DNA of 64,000 bases from Auanema rhodensis (lineage: Eukaryota > Animalia > Nematoda). The number at the start of each line of letters is the position of its first letter. Position 1 is the stretch's first letter. Of this stretch, positions 1 to 12,791 are shown piece by piece. The stretch lies in NCBI GenBank assembly GCA_964057225.1, contig OZ059899.1, forward strand, positions 10,106,001 through 10,170,000, given 5' to 3'. The notes under the pieces were generated by a model that was not told the origin of the DNA, did no database searches, and worked only from the letters and a program-made list of their open reading frames with translations. The position numbers were made by a program, and so were the translations under genes.

Positions 1-5
1 GGTCG
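1..5 (+). tRNA. tRNA-Arg(ACG): 3' end (last 5 nt, GGTCG) of a tRNA-Arg(ACG) cut by the window edge
   Basis: GGTCG is followed by TAAA, a T-run and the same trailer seen after every complete copy. Confidence 0.8.
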
Positions 6-1205
6 TAAATTTTTTTTATTTCACTTGTCATTTATAAAAATCGAATTTATCTTCTTCAACAATTATTTTTGCAATGTGTCATAAGAATTTCATAGTTGAA
101 CAAAACGTTTTTTAAGAAGTTTTTTTGTTGTCAATATATATATTTTCCTGGAATTCGAAAGCATTTGGGATGGAAATTAGAAAGAAAAGAACTAGTTTTT
201 CCTACTTTAAAACAAACAATAAGAAATAAAATGAAAAAGATTGTTAGATATCCAATTTAAACTTATACATTTACTTCGATAAAGAGCCTATTAGTTTGAA
301 ATTTTATGTCTTACAGTTCTCCAACAGAACAGACTGATCCTGATTTTTCTACGATTACATAAAACCCTCGTTTGATATAAAAGCATATTGGATAGAAATT
401 TCGAAAGCATTTTGGAATGGAAATTAGAAAGAAAAGAACTAGTTTCTCCTATTTTAAAACAAACAATAAGAAATAAAATGAAGAAGATTGTTAGATATCC
501 AATTTGAACTTATACATTTACTTTGATAAAAAGCCTATTAGATTGGAATTTTCTGTCTTACAGTACTCCAACAGAACAGACTGATCCTGATTTCTCTACG
601 ATTACATTAGCCTCTCGTTTGATATAAAAAAAGAAGAGGGATAACGTTTCCAGGATATCAATGATATCGAATCTAGTGATATTGTAGAAAAATGTAATGT
701 CAGCTCCATAGTTTTTCTCTTAATTTCTCTCATCACAATAGTCTTAGTTTTTTTTCATAAGAGTTTCTGAAATCTTAGTTGAACAAAGCAGTATATATTT
801 CTTTCTGGAATTCGAAAGCATTTGGGATGAAAATTAGAAAGAAAAGAACTAGTTTTTCCTACTTTAAAACAAAAATTAAGAAATAAAATAAAAAAGATTG
901 TTAGATATCCAATTTAAACTTATACATTTACTTCGATAAAGAGCCTATTAGTTTGAAATTTTATGTCTTACAGTTCTCCAACAGAACAGACTGATCCTGA
1001 TTTCTCTATGATTACATAAAACTCTCGTTTGATATAAAAAAAGGAGAGGAATAACGTTTCCAGGATATCAATGATATCCAATTTAGTGATATTGTAAAAA
1101 AATGTAATGTCAGCTCCATAGGTTTTCTCTTAATTTCTCTCATCACAATTGTCTTAGTTTTTTTTCTCATAAGAGTTTCTGAAATCTTAGTTGAACAAGG
1201 CCGCG

Positions 1206-1216
1206 TGGCGCAATGG
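1206..1216 (+). promoter_or_regulatory. Pol III type-2 internal promoter A box (example; present in every tRNA copy)
   Basis: TGGCGCAATGG matches TRGCNNARYGG. Confidence 0.9.
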
Positions 1217-1249
1217 ATAACGCGTCTGCCTACGGAGCAGAAGATTGTA

Positions 1250-1260
1250 GGTTCGAATCC
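1250..1260 (+). promoter_or_regulatory. Pol III B box (example; present in every tRNA copy)
   Basis: GGTTCGAATCC matches GGTTCRANNCC. Confidence 0.9.
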
Positions 1261-1275
1261 TGCCGTGGTCGTAAA

Positions 1276-1282
1276 TTTTTTT
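1276..1282 (+). terminator. Pol III oligo-dT terminator (example; T7-T9 after most copies)
   Basis: tRNA end, then TAAA, then TTTTTTT. Confidence 0.85.
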
Positions 1283-2866
1283 CATTTCACTTGTCATTTA
1301 TAAAAATCGAATTTATCTTCTTCAACGATTATTTTTGCAATGTGTCATAAGAATTTCATAGTTGAACAAAACGTTTTTTAAGAAGTTTTTTTGTTGTCAA
1401 CATATATATTTTCCTGGAATTCGAAAGCATTTGGGATGGAAATTAGAAAGAAAAGAACTAGTTTTTCCTATTTTAAAACAAACAATAAGAAATAAAATGA
1501 AAAAGATTGTTAGATATCCAATTTAAACTTATACATTTACTTTGATAAAGAGCCTATTAGATTGAAATTTTATGTCTTACAGTTCTCCAACAGAACAGAC
1601 TGATCCTGATTTTTCTACGATTACATAAAACTCTCGTTTGATATAAAAGCATATTGGATAGAAATTTCGAAAGCATTTTGGATGGAAATTAGAACGAAAA
1701 GAACTAGTTTTTTCTATTTTAAAACAAACAATAATAAACAGAATGAAAAGATTGTTAGATATCCAATTTTAACTCATACATTTACTTCGATGAAGAGCCT
1801 ATTAGATTGAATTTTTATGTCTTACAGTTCTCCAACAGAACAGACTGATCCTGATTTTTCTACGATTACATAAAACTCTCGTTTGATATACAAAAAGGAG
1901 AGGAATAACGTTTCCAGGATATCAATGATATCGAATCTAGTGATATTGTAGAAAAATGTAATGTCAGCTCCATAGATTTTCTCTTAATTTCTCTCATCAC
2001 AATAGTCTTAGTTTTTTTTCATAAGAGTTTCTGAAATCTTAGTTGAACAAGGCCGTATATATTTTCCTAGAATTCGAAAGCATTTGGAATGGAAATTAGA
2101 AAGAAAAGAACTAGTTTCTTCTATTTTAAAACAAACAATAAGAAATAAAATGAAGAAGATTGTTAGATATCCAATTTGAACTTATACATTTACTTTGATA
2201 AAAAGCCTATTAGATTGGAATTTTCTGTCTTACAGTACTCCAACAGAACAGACTGATCCTGATTTCTCTACGATTACATTAGCCTCTCGTTTGATATAAA
2301 AAAAGAAGAGGGATAACGTTTCCAGGATATCAATGATATCGAATCTAGTGATATTGTAGAAAAATGTAATGTCAGCTCCATAGTTTTTCTCTTAATTTCT
2401 CTCATCACAATAGTCTTAGTTTTTTTTCATAAGAGTTTCTGAAATCTCAGTTGAACAAGGCCGTATATATTTTCCTAGAATTCGAAAGCATTTGGAATGG
2501 AAATTAGAAAGAAAAGAACTAGTTTCTCCTATTTTAAAACAAACAATAAGAAATAAAATGAAGAAGATTGTTAGATATCCAATTTGAACTTATACATTTA
2601 CTTTGATAAAAAGCCTATTAGATTGGAATTTTCTGTCTTACAGTACTCCAACAGAACAGACTGATCCTGATTTCTCTACGATTACATTAGCCTCTCGTTT
2701 GATATAAAAAAAGAAGAGGGATAACGTTTCCAGGATATCAATGATATCGAATCTAGTGATATTGTAAAAAAATGTAATGTCAGCTCCATAGTTTTTCTCT
2801 TAATTTCTCTCATCACAATAGTCTTAGTTTTTTTTCATAAGAGTTTCTGAAATCTTAGTTGAACAA

Positions 2867-2939
2867 GGCCGCGTGGCGCAATGGATAACGCGTCTGCCTA
2901 CGGAGCAGAAGATTGTAGGTTCGAATCCTGCCGTGGTCG
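2867..2939 (+). tRNA. tRNA-Arg(ACG): tRNA-Arg(ACG), copy 2
   Basis: Identical to copy 1; T-run follows. Confidence 0.97.
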
Positions 2940-3472
2940 TAAATTTTTTTTATTTCACTTGTCATTTATAAAAATCGAATTTATCTTCTTCAACAATTAT
3001 TTTTGCAATGTGTCATAAGAATTTCATAGTTGAACAAAACGTTTTTTAAGAAGTTTTTTTGTTGTCAACATATATATTTTCCTGGAATTCGAAAGCATTT
3101 GGGATGGAAATTAGAACGAAAAGAACTAGTTTTTTCTATTTTAAAACAAACAATAATAAACAGAATGAAAAGATTGTTAGATATCCAATTTTAACTTATA
3201 CATTTACTTCGATGAAGAGCCTATTAGATTGAATTTTTATGTCTTACAGTTCTCCAACAGAACAGACTGATTCTGATTTTTCTATGATTACATAAAACTC
3301 TCGTTTGATATACAAAAAGGAGAGGAATAACGTTTCCAGGATATCAATGATATCGAATCTAGTGATACTGTAGAAAAATATAATGTCAGCTCCATAGTTT
3401 TTCTCTTAATTTCTCTCATCACAATAGTCTTAGTTTTTTTTCATAAGAGTTTCTGAAATCTTAGTTGAACAA

Positions 3473-3545
3473 GGCCGCGTGGCGCAATGGATAACGCGTC
3501 TGCCTACGGAGCAGAAGATTGTAGGTTCGAATCCTGCCGTGGTCG
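3473..3545 (+). tRNA. tRNA-Arg(ACG): tRNA-Arg(ACG), copy 3
   Basis: Identical to copy 1. Confidence 0.97.
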
Positions 3546-4324
3546 TAAATTTTTTTCATTTCACTTGTCATTTATAAAAATCGAATTTATCTTCTTCAAC
3601 GATTATTTTTGCAATGTGTCATAAGAATTTCATAGTTGAACAAAACGTTTTTTAAGAAGTTTTTTTGTTGTCAATATATATATTTTCCTGGAATTCGAAA
3701 GCATTTGGGATGGAAATTAGAAAGAAAAGAACTAGTTTTTCCTACTTTAAAACAAACAATAAGAAATAAAATGAAAAAGATTGTTAGATATCCAATTTAA
3801 ACTTGTACATTTACTTCGATAAAGAGCCTATTAGTTTGAAATTTTATATCTTACAGTTCTCCAACAGAACAGACTGATCCTGATTTTTCTACGATTACAT
3901 AAAACTCTCGTTTGATATAAAAGCATATTGGATAGAAATTTCGAAAGCATTTTGGATGGAAATTAGAACGAAAAGAACTAGTTTTTTCTATTTTAAAACA
4001 AACAATAATAAACAGAATGAAAAGAATGTTAGATATCCAATTTTAACTTATACATTTACTTCGATGAAGAGCCTATTAGATTGAATTTTTATGTCTTACA
4101 GTTCTCCAACAGAACAGACTGATTCTGATTTTTCTATGATTACATAAAACTCTCGTTTGATATACAAAAAGGAGAGGAATAACGTTTCCAGGATATCAAT
4201 GATATCGAATCTAGTGATACTGTAGAAAAATATAATGTCAGCTCCATAGTTTTTCTCTTAATTTCTCTCATCACAATAGTCTTAGTTTTTTTTCATAAGA
4301 GTTTCTGAAATCTTAGTTGAACAA

Positions 4325-4397
4325 GGCCGCGTGGCGCAATGGATAACGCGTCTGCCTACGGAGCAGAAGATTGTAGGTTCGAATCCTGCCGTGGTCG
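4325..4397 (+). tRNA. tRNA-Arg(ACG): tRNA-Arg(ACG), copy 4
   Basis: Identical to copy 1. Confidence 0.97.
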
Positions 4398-5585
4398 TAA
4401 ATTTTTTTCATTTCACTTGTCATTTATAAAAATCGAATTTATCTTCTTCAACGATTATTTTTGCAATGTGTCATAAGAATTTCATAGTTGAACAAAACGT
4501 TTTTTAAGAAGTTTTTTTGTTGTCAATATATATATTTTCCTGGAATTCGAAAGCATTTGGGATGGAAATTAGAAAGAAAAGAACTAGTTTTTCCTACTTT
4601 AAAACAAACAATAAAAAATAAAATGAAAAAGATTGTTAGATATCCAATTTAAACTTGTACATTTACTTCGATAAAGTGCCTATTAGTTTGAAATTTTATG
4701 TCTTACAGTTCTCCAACAGAACAGACTGATCCTGATTTTTCTACGATTACATAAAACTCTCGTTTGATATAAAAGCATATTGGATAGAAATTTCGAAAGC
4801 ATTTTGGATGGAAATTAGAACGAAAAGAACTAGTTTTTTCTATTTTAAAACAAACAATAATAAACAGAATGAAAAGATTGTTAGATATCCATTTTTAACT
4901 TATACATTTACTTCGATGAAGAGCCTATTAGATTGAATTTTTATGTCTTACAGTTCTCCAACAGAACAGACTGATCCTGATTTTTCTACGATTACATAAA
5001 ACTCTCGTTTGATATACAAAAAGGAGAGGAATAACGTTTCCAGGATATCAATGATATCGAATCTAGTGATATTGTAGAAAAATGTAATGTCAGCTCCATA
5101 GTTTTTCTCTTAATTTCTCTCATCACAATAGTCTTAGTTTTTTTTCATAAGAGTTTCTGAAATCTTAGTTGAACAAGGCCGTATATATTTTCCTAGAATT
5201 CGAAAGCATTTGGAATGGAAATTAGAAAGAAAAGAACTAGTTTCTCCTATTTTAAAACAAACAATAAGAAATAAAATGAAAAGATTCTTAGATATCCAAT
5301 TTGAACTTATACATTTACTTTGATAAAAAGCCTATTAGATTGGAATTTTCTGTCTTACAGTACTCCAACAGAACAGACTGATCCTGATTTCTCTACGATT
5401 ACATTAGCCTCTCGTTTGATATAAAAAAAGAAGAGGGATAACGTTTCCAGGATATCAATGATATCGAATCTAGTGATATTGTAAAAAAATGTAATGTCAG
5501 CTCCATAGGTTTTCTCTTAATTTCTCTCATCACAATTGTCTTAGTTTTTTTTCTCATAAGAGTTTCTGAAATCTTAGTTGAACAA

Positions 5586-5658
5586 GGCCGCGTGGCGCAA
5601 TGGATAACGCGTCTGCCTACGGAGCAGAAGATTGTAGGTTCGAATCCTGCCGTGGTCG
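5586..5658 (+). tRNA. tRNA-Arg(ACG): tRNA-Arg(ACG), copy 5
   Basis: Identical to copy 1. Confidence 0.97.
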
Positions 5659-6439
5659 TAAATTTTTTTCATTTCACTTGTCATTTACAAAAATCGAATT
5701 TATCTTCTTCAACCATTATTTTTGCAATGTGTCATAAGAATTTCACAGTTGAACAGAACGTTTTTTAAGAAGTTTTTTTGTTGTCAACATATATATTTTT
5801 CTGGAATTCGAAAGCATTTGGGATGGAAATTAGAAAGAAAAGAACTAGTTTTTCCTACTTTAAAACAAACAATAAGAAATAAAATGAAAAAGATTGTTAG
5901 ATATCCAATTTAAACTTATACATTTACTTCGATAAAGAGCCTATTAGTTTGAAATTTTATGTCTTACAGTTCTCCAACAGAACAGACTGATCCTGATATT
6001 TCTACGATTACATAAAACTCTCGTTTGATATAAAAGCATATTGGATAGAAATTTCGAAAGCATTTGGGATGGAAATTAGAAAGAAACAAACTAGTTTTTC
6101 CTACTTTAAAACAAACAATGAGAAACAAAATGAAAAGATTGTTAGATATCCAATTTTAACTTATACATTTACTTCGATGAAGAGCCTATTAGATTGAATT
6201 TTTATGTCTTACAGTTCTCCAACAGAACAGACTGATCCTGATTTTTCTACGATTACATAAAACTCTCGTTTGATATACAAAAAGGAGAGGAATAACGTTT
6301 CCAGGATATCAATGATATCGAATCTAGTGATATTGTAGAAAAATGTAATGTCAGCTCCATAGGTTTTCTCTTAATTTCTCTCATCACAATTGTCTTAGTT
6401 TTTTTTCTCATAAGAGTTTCTGAAATCTTAGTTGAACAA

Positions 6440-6512
6440 GGCCGCGTGGCGCAATGGATAACGCGTCTGCCTACGGAGCAGAAGATTGTAGGTTCGAATC
6501 CTGCCGTGGTCG
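6440..6512 (+). tRNA. tRNA-Arg(ACG): tRNA-Arg(ACG), copy 6
   Basis: Identical to copy 1. Confidence 0.97.
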
Positions 6513-7700
6513 TAAATTTTTTTCATTTCACTTGTCATTTATAAAAATCGAATTTATCTTCTTCAACGATTATTTTTGCAATGTGTCATAAGAATTTCAT
6601 AGTTGAACAAAACGTTTTTTAAGAAGTTTTTTTGTTGTCAACATATATATTTTCCTGGAATTCGAAAGCATTTGGGATGGAAATTAGAAAGAAAAGAACT
6701 AGTTTTTCCTATTTTTAAACAAACAATAAGAAATAAAATGAAAAATATTGTTAGATATCCAATTTAAACTTATACATTTACTTTGATAAAGAGCCTATTA
6801 GATTGAAATTTTATGTCTTACAGTTCTCCAACAGAACAGACTGATCCTGATTTTTCTACGATTACATAAAACTCTCGTTTGATATAAAAGCATATTGGAT
6901 AGAAATTTCGAAAGCATTTTGGATGGAAATTAGAACGAAAAGAACTAGTTTTTTCTATTTTAAAACAAACAATAATAAACAGAATGAAAAGATTGTTAGA
7001 TATCCAATTTTAACTTATACATTTACTTCGAAGAAGAGCCTATTAGATTGAATTTTTATGTCTTACAGTTCTCCAACAGAACAGACTGATCCTGATTTTT
7101 CTACGATTACATAAAACTCTCGTTTGATATACAAAAAGGAGAGGAATAACGTTTCCAGGATATCAATGATATCGAATCTAGTGATATTGTAGAAAAATGT
7201 AATGTCAGCTCCATAGTTTTTCTCTTAATTTCTCTCATCACAATAGTCTTAGTTTTTTTTCATAAGAGTTTCTGAAATCTTAGTTGAACAAGGCCGAATA
7301 TATTTTCCTAGAATTCGAAAGCATTTGGAATGGAAATTAGAAAGAAAAGAACTAGTTTCTCCTATTTTAAAACAAACAATAAGAAATAAAATGAAAAGAT
7401 TCTTAGATATCCAATTTGAACTTATACATTTACTTTGATAAAAAGCCTATTAGATTGGAATTTTCTGTCTTACAGTACTCCAACAGAACAGACTGATCCT
7501 GATTTCTCTACGATTACATTAGCCTCTCGTTTGATATAAAAAAAGAAGAGGGATAACGTTTCCAGGATATCAATGATATCGAATCTAGTGATATTGTAAA
7601 AAAATGTAATGTCAGCTCCATAGGTTTTCTCTTAATTTCTCTCATCACAATTGTCTTAGTTTTTTTTCTCATAAGAGTTTCTGAAATCTTAGTTGAACAA

Positions 7701-7773
7701 GGCCGCGTGGCGCAATGGATAACGCGTCTGCCTACGGAGCAGAAGATTGTAGGTTCGAATCCTGCCGTGGTCG
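7701..7773 (+). tRNA. tRNA-Arg(ACG): tRNA-Arg(ACG), copy 7
   Basis: Identical to copy 1. Confidence 0.97.
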
Positions 7774-8554
7774 TAAATTTTTTTCATTTCACTTGTCATT
7801 TACAAAAATCGAATTTATCTTCTTCAACCATTATTTTTGCAATGTGTCATAAGAATTTCACAGTTGAACAGAACGTTTTTTAAGAAGTTTTTTTGTTGTC
7901 AACATATATATTTTTCTGGAATTCGAAAGCATTTGGGATGGAAATTAGAAAGAAAAGAACTAGTTTTTCCTACTTTAAAACAAACAATAAGAAATAAAAT
8001 GAAAAAGATTGTTAGATATCCAATTTAAACTTATACATTTACTTCGATAAAGAGCCTATTAGTTTGAAATTTTATGTCTTACAGTTCTCCAACAGAACAG
8101 ACTGATCCTGATTTTTCTACGATTACATAAAACTCTCGTTTGATATAAAAGCATATTGGATAGAAATTTCGAAAGCATTTGGGATGAAAATTAGAAAGAA
8201 AAGAACTAGTTTTTCCTACTTTAAAACAAACAAAAAGAAATAAAATAAAAAAGATTGTTAGATATCCAATTTAAACTTATACATTTACTTTGATAAAGAG
8301 CCTATTAGAATGAAATTTTATGTCTTACAGTTCTCCAACAGAACAGACTGATCCTGATTTCTCTATGATTACATAAAACTCTCGTTTGATATAAAAAAAG
8401 GAGAGGAATAACGTTTCCAGGATGTCAATGATATCGAATCTAGTGATATTGTAGAAAAATGTAATGTCAGCTCCATAGTTTTTCTCTTAATTTCTCTCAT
8501 CACAATAGTCTTAGTTTTTTTTTCATAAGAGTTTCTGAAATCTTAGTTGAACCA

Positions 8555-8627
8555 GGCCGCGTGGCGCAATGGATAACGCGTCTGCCTACGGAGCAGAAGA
8601 TTGTAGGTTCGAATCCTGCCGTGGTCG
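8555..8627 (+). tRNA. tRNA-Arg(ACG): tRNA-Arg(ACG), copy 8
   Basis: Identical to copy 1; 5' flank GAACCA. Confidence 0.97.
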
Positions 8628-10637
8628 TAAATTTTTTTCATTTCACTTGTCATTTACAAAAATCGAATTTATCTTCTTCAACCATTATTTTTGCAATGTG
8701 TCATAAGAATTTCACAGTTGAACAGAACGTTTTTTAAGAAGTTTTTTTGTTGTCAACATATATATTTTCCTGAAATTCGAAAGCATTTGGGATGAAAATT
8801 AGAAAGAAAAGAACTAGTTTTTCCTACTTTAAAACAAACAATAAGAAATAAAATGAAAAAGATTGTTAGATATCCAATTTAAACTTATACATTTACTTCG
8901 ATAAAGAGCCTATTAGTTTGAAATTTTATGTCTTACAGTTCTCCAACAGAACAGACTGATCCTGATATTTCTACGATTACATAAAACTCTCGTTTGATAT
9001 AAAAGCATATTGGATAGAAATTTCGAAAGCATTTGGGATGGAAATTAGAAAGAAACAAACTAGTTTTTCCTACTTTAAAACAAACAATGAGAAACAAAAT
9101 GAAAAGATTGTTAGATATCCAATTTTAACTTATACATTTACTTCGATGAAGAGCCTATTAGATTGAATTTTTATGTCTTACAGTTCTCCAACAGAACAGA
9201 CTGATCCTGATTTTTCTACGATTACATAAAACTCTCGTTTGATATACAAAAAGGAGAGGAATAACGTTTCCAGGATATCAATGATATCGAATCTAGTGAT
9301 ATTGTAGAAAAATGTAATGTCAGCTCCATAGGTTTTCTTTTAATTTCTCTCATCACAATTGTCTTAGTTTTTTTTCTCATAAGAGTTTCTGAAATCTTAG
9401 GTGTACAAGGCCGTATATATTTTCCTGGAATTCGAAAGGATTTGGGATGGAAATTAGAAAGAAAAGAACTAGTTTTTCCTACTTTAAAACAAACAATAGG
9501 AGATAAAATGAAAAAGATTGTTAGATATCCAATTTAAACTTATACATTTACTTCGACAAAGAGCCTATTAGTTTGAAATTTCATGTCTTACAGTTCTCCA
9601 ACAGAACAGACTGATCCTGATTTCTCTATGATTACATAAAACTCTCGTTTGATATAAAAAAAGGAGAGGAATAACGTTTCCAGGATATCAATGATATCGA
9701 ATCTAGTGATATTGTAAAAAAATGTAATGTCAGCTCCATAGGTTTTCTCTTAATTTCTCTCATCACAATTGTCTTAGTTTTTTTTCATAAGAGTTTCTGA
9801 AATCTTAGTTGAACAAAGCAGTATATATTTTTTTCTGGAATTCGAAAGCATTTGGGATGAAAATTAGAAAGAAACAAACTAGTTTTTCCTACTTTAAAAC
9901 AAACAATGAGAAACAAAATGAAAAGATTGTTAGATATCCAATTTTAACTTATACATTTACTTCGATGAAGAGCCTATTAGATTGAATTTTTATGTCTTAC
10001 AGTTCTCCAACAGAACAGACTGATCCTGATTTTTCTACGATTACATAAAACTCTCGTTTGATATACAAAAAGGAGAGGAATAACGTTTCCAGGATATCAA
10101 TGATATCGAATCTAGTGATATTGTAGAAAAATGTAATGTCAGCTCCATAGGTTTTCTTTTAATTTCTCTCATCACAATTGTCTTAGTTTTTTTTCTCATA
10201 AGAGTTTCTGAAATCTTAGGTGTACAAGGCCGTATATATTTTCCTGGAATTCGAAAGGATTTGGGATGGAAATTAGAAAGAAAAGAACTAGTTTTTCCTA
10301 CTTTAAAACAAACAATAGGAGATAAAATGAAAAAGATTGTTAGATATCCAATTTAAACTTATACATTTACTTCGATAAAGAGCCTATTAGTTTGAAATTT
10401 CATGTCTTACAGTTCTCCAACAGAACAGACTGATCCTGATTTCTCTATGATTACATAAAACTCTCGTTTGATATAAAAAAAGGAGAGGAATAACGTTTCC
10501 AGGATATCAATGATATCGAATCTAGTGATATTGTAAAAAAATGTAATGTCAGCTCCATAGGTTTTCTCTTAATTTCTCTCATCACAATTGTCTTAGTTTT
10601 TTTTCTCATAAGAGTTTCTGAAATCTTAGTTGAACAA

Positions 10638-10710
10638 GGCCGCGTGGCGCAATGGATAACGCGTCTGCCTACGGAGCAGAAGATTGTAGGTTCGAATCCT
10701 GCCGTGGTCG
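10638..10710 (+). tRNA. tRNA-Arg(ACG): tRNA-Arg(ACG), copy 9
   Basis: Identical to copy 1. Confidence 0.97.
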
Positions 10711-12718
10711 TAAATTTTTTTCATTTCACTTGTCATTTATAAAAATCGAATTTATCTTCTTCAACGATTATTTTTGCAATGTGTCATAAGAATTTCATAG
10801 TTGAACAAAACGTTTTTTAAGAAGTTTTTTTGTTGTCAACATATATATTTTCCTGGAATTCGAAAGCATTTGGGATGGAAATTAGAAAGAAAAGAACTAG
10901 TTTTTCCTATTTTAAAACAAACAATAAGAAATAAAATGAAAAAGATTGTTAGATATCCAATTTAAACTTATACATTTACTTTGATAAAGAGCCTATTAGA
11001 TTGAAATTTTATGTCTTACAGTTCTCCAACAGAACAGACTGATCCTGATTTTTCTACGATTACATAAAACTCTCGTTTGATATAAAAGCATATTGGATTG
11101 AAATTTCGAAAGCATTTTGGATGGAAATTAGAACGAAAAGAACTAGTTTTTTCTATTTTAAAACAAACAATAATAAACAGAATGAAAAGATTGTTAGATA
11201 TCCAATTTTAACTTATACATTTACTTCGATGAAGAGCCTATTAGATTGAATTTTTATGTCTTACAGTTCTCCAACAGAACAGACTGATCCTGATTTTTCT
11301 ACGATTACATAAAACTCTCGTTTGATATACAAAAAGGAGAGGAATAACGTTTCCAGGATATCAATGATATCGAATCTAGTGATATTGTAGAAAAATGTAA
11401 TGTCAGCTCCATAGTTTTTCTCTTAATTTCTCTCATCACAATAGTCTTAGTTTTTTTTCATAAGAGTTTCTGAAATCTTAGTTGAACAAGGCCGTATATA
11501 TTTTCCTAGAATTCGAAAGCATTTGGAATGGAAATTAGAAAGAAAAGAACTAGTTTTTCCTACTTTAAAACAAACAATAGGAGATAAAATGAAAAAGATT
11601 GTTAGATATCCAATTTAAACTTATACATTTACTTCGACAAAGAGCCTATTAGTTTGAAATTTCATGTCTTACAGTTCTCCAACAGAACAGACTGATCCTG
11701 ATTTCTCTATGATTACATAAAACTCTCGTTTGATATAAAAAAAGGAGAGGAATAACGTTTCCAGGATATCAATGATATCGAATCTAGTGATATTGTAAAA
11801 AAATGTAATGTCAGCTCCATAGGTTTTCTCTTAATTTCTCTCATCACAATTGTCTTAGTTTTTTTTCATAAGAGTTTCTGAAATCTTAGTTGAACAAAGC
11901 AGTATATATTTTTTTCTGGAATTCGAAAGCATTTGGGATGAAAATTAGAAAGAAACAAACTAGTTTTTCCTACTTTAAAACAAACAATGAGAAACAAAAT
12001 GAAAAGATTGTTAGATATCCAATTTTAACTTATACATTTACTTCGATGAAGAGCCTATTAGATTGAATTTTTATGTCTTACAGTTCTCCAACAGAACAGA
12101 CTGATCCTGATTTTTCTACGATTACATAAAACTCTCGTTTGATATACAAAAAGGAGAGGAATAACGTTTCCAGGATATCAATGATATCGAATCTAGTGAT
12201 ATTGTAGAAAAATGTAATGTCAGCTCCATAGGTTTTCTTTTAATTTCTCTCATCACAATTGTCTTAGTTTTTTTTCTCATAAGAGTTTCTGAAATCTTAG
12301 GTGTACAAGGCCGTATATATTTTCCTGGAATTCGAAAGGATTTGGGATGGAAATTAGAAAGAAAAGAACTAGTTTTTCCTACTTTAAAACAAACAATAGG
12401 AGATAAAATGAAAAAGATTGTTAGATATCCAATTTAAACTTATACATTTACTTCGATAAAGAGCCTATTAGTTTGAAATTTCATGTCTTACAGTTCTCCA
12501 ACAGAACAGACTGATCCTGATTTCTCTATGATTACATAAAACTCTCGTTTGATATAAAAAAAGGAGAGGAATAACGTTTCCAGGATATCAATGATATCGA
12601 ATCTAGTGATATTGTAAAAAAATGTAATGTCAGCTCCATAGGTTTTCTCTTAATTTCTCTCATCACAATTGTCTTAGTTTTTTTTCTCATAAGAGTTTCT
12701 GAAATCTTAGTTGAACAA

Positions 12719-12791
12719 GGCCGCGTGGCGCAATGGATAACGCGTCTGCCTACGGAGCAGAAGATTGTAGGTTCGAATCCTGCCGTGGTCG
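12719..12791 (+). tRNA. tRNA-Arg(ACG): tRNA-Arg(ACG), copy 10
   Basis: Identical to copy 1. Confidence 0.97.

Larger units (their letters stand above)
1199..1271 (+). tRNA. tRNA-Arg(ACG): tRNA-Arg(ACG), copy 1, majority sequence
   Basis: 73-nt cloverleaf: acceptor GGCCGCG/CGTGGTC, D stem GCG/CGC with GG and A20 (Arg identity element), anticodon stem TCTGC/GCAGA, loop CT-ACG-GA, T stem GTAGG/CCTGC, loop TTCGAAT, discriminator G. No intron, no encoded CCA; T7 run 4 nt downstream. Confidence 0.98.

Noticed and set aside
150-165. GAATTCGAAAGC at each monomer start as an extra B box (ETC-like site) or heat-shock element
   Set aside because: It lacks the conserved G and C of GTTCRANNC on both strands, and the GAA/TTC spacing does not fit nGAAnnTTCn arrays.
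1199-1420. tRNA-derived SINE or tRNA-targeting retroelement
   Set aside because: The tRNA is a full, undiverged cloverleaf with an immediate terminator. There is no poly-A tail, per-copy target-site duplication, LTR or RT/transposase sequence, and copies are tandem rather than dispersed.
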